Assembly (NCBI GenBank): GCA_028289365.1
Contig: JANQQM010000038.1
Coordinates: 51,115-115,114 of the forward strand
Source: Salaquimonas sp.
Lineage (GTDB): Bacteria; Pseudomonadota; Alphaproteobacteria; Rhizobiales; Rhizobiaceae
Length of the DNA stretch: 64,000 nt
Direction of reading: 5' to 3'
The notes below the pieces were generated by a model that was not told the DNA's origin, made no database searches, and was given only the letters and a program-made list of their open reading frames with translations. The first letter of the stretch is position 1; every line of letters starts with the position of its first letter. Positions 63,341 through 64,000 of this stretch are shown here, piece after piece. Both the position numbers and the translations under genes were made by a program.

Positions 63341-64000
63341 GTGAAAGTATCCGTCCTCATTCTGACCCATAACGAAGAACGCAACATCTCAGCATGTCTC
63401 GGTTCTCTTTCTGGCATCGACGATATTGTAGTAATTGACTCTGGCAGTACCGACCGCACCCCCGCATTGGTTGAGGAGAAAGGCGCTCGAATGCTCACGC
63501 GCCCCTTCGACAACTTTGCCAACCAGCGCAATTTCGGTTTGGATGAGGGCGAGCTCCGGAACGAATGGGTCTTGCATCTCGATGCCGATGAGGTAGCCAC
63601 GCGTGAGTTTCTGGTTGCGCTCAAAAAACTGGACAACAAGCCGGGGATCGATGCATATCGCGTGCCATCGAAGACGATCCTAAATGGAAGATGGCTTCGG
63701 TATTCTGGCATGTATCCAACTTACCAAGTTCGTCTTGGTCACCGCGACAAGATGCGGTTCAAGCAAGTTGGGCATGGACAACGGGAAGACCTGACACCTG
63801 AACAAATTGGGACATTTGACGAGCCATATCTGCATTACAGTTTCTCGCACGGCATCAAACAATGGCTGACCAAACACGTTACCTATGCTGAAGCCGAGTC
63901 AGAGCAGTTTTTTCGAGAACTTCAGGAACCTCTTTATCGCAAAGAACTTTTCTCTAGAAACAGTACGGAGCGCCGTAGGGCTGTGAAGCGACTTGTAAAC
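63341..64000 (+). CDS. Glycosyltransferase family 2 (3-prime end outside window)
   Basis: The frame is open to the window edge, so it is not in the ORF track. My translation from GTG 63341: KVSVLILTHNEERNISACLGSLSGIDDIVVIDSGSTDRT...HLDADE. An in-frame ATG at 63275 is an alternative start. Confidence 0.8.
   Translation, partial: MKVSVLILTHNEERNISACLGSLSGIDDIVVIDSGSTDRTPALVEEKGARMLTRPFDNFANQRNFGLDEGELRNEWVLHLDADEVATREFLVALKKLDNKPGIDAYRVPSKTILNGRWLRYSGMYPTYQVRLGHRDKMRFKQVGHGQREDLTPEQIGTFDEPYLHYSFSHGIKQWLTKHVTYAEAESEQFFRELQEPLYRKELFSRNSTERRRAVKRLVN

Noticed and set aside
62830-63711. A long minus-strand ORF of 293 aa, and similar antisense ORFs at 16507-17205, 35056-35718, 36732-37454, 52710-53216 and 62140-62712
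   Set aside because: These are shadow ORFs opposite strongly supported genes. Their translations are low-complexity and Arg/Ser/Pro-rich with no recognisable motifs.

Overview
This 64-kb chromosomal segment looks alphaproteobacterial, based on AapJ/AapQ-type amino-acid transporter genes and ExoP-like co-polymerases. Positions 1-11.4 kb hold mixed genes: aapQ and aapJ, an amber-free MttB-family methyltransferase, a TPR-sulfotransferase fusion, an eRF1-like (baeRF-type) protein, an ArsR/ArsP-like pair with a perfect 12-6-12 operator, a secreted MBL hydrolase and a wHTH-TM-TPR protein. This part ends at tRNA-Arg(TCT), 11379-11455 on the minus strand. From about 12 kb to the window end lies one very large, compositionally mosaic surface-polysaccharide locus. 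It contains a PHP-type Tyr phosphatase, a NusG/RfaH paralogue, an initiating phosphoglycosyl transferase and a Wza-like exporter. It also has two paralogous PCP-2a tyrosine autokinases, an O-antigen-ligase/Wzy-like protein, GDP-Man/GDP-Fuc/UDP-Xyl/UDP-Gal precursor genes and a GT11 fucosyltransferase. An AsnB-type amidotransferase, a Wzm/Wzt ABC exporter, about 17 glycosyltransferases, 3 methyltransferase-like genes, 2 acetyltransferases and a sulfotransferase complete it. The most unusual content is at 22.4-30.6 kb. Two diverged copies of an HprK-like kinase / PqqD(RRE)-like domain / NTP_transf_5 nucleotidyltransferase triad flank the second tyrosine-kinase gene. In one copy the PqqD-like domain is fused to an internal Tat-like signal and an Arg-rich six-cysteine peptide with knottin-type spacing. 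Other leads are a divergent pair of small secreted paralogues ending in an identical GGDDSASD tail, ops-like motifs in two operon leaders, a G-rich tandem repeat with a coupled mini-ORF, and an A+T-rich glycan cassette next to a transposase relic. All calls rest on reading the sequence and recalling motifs; no database search was run.
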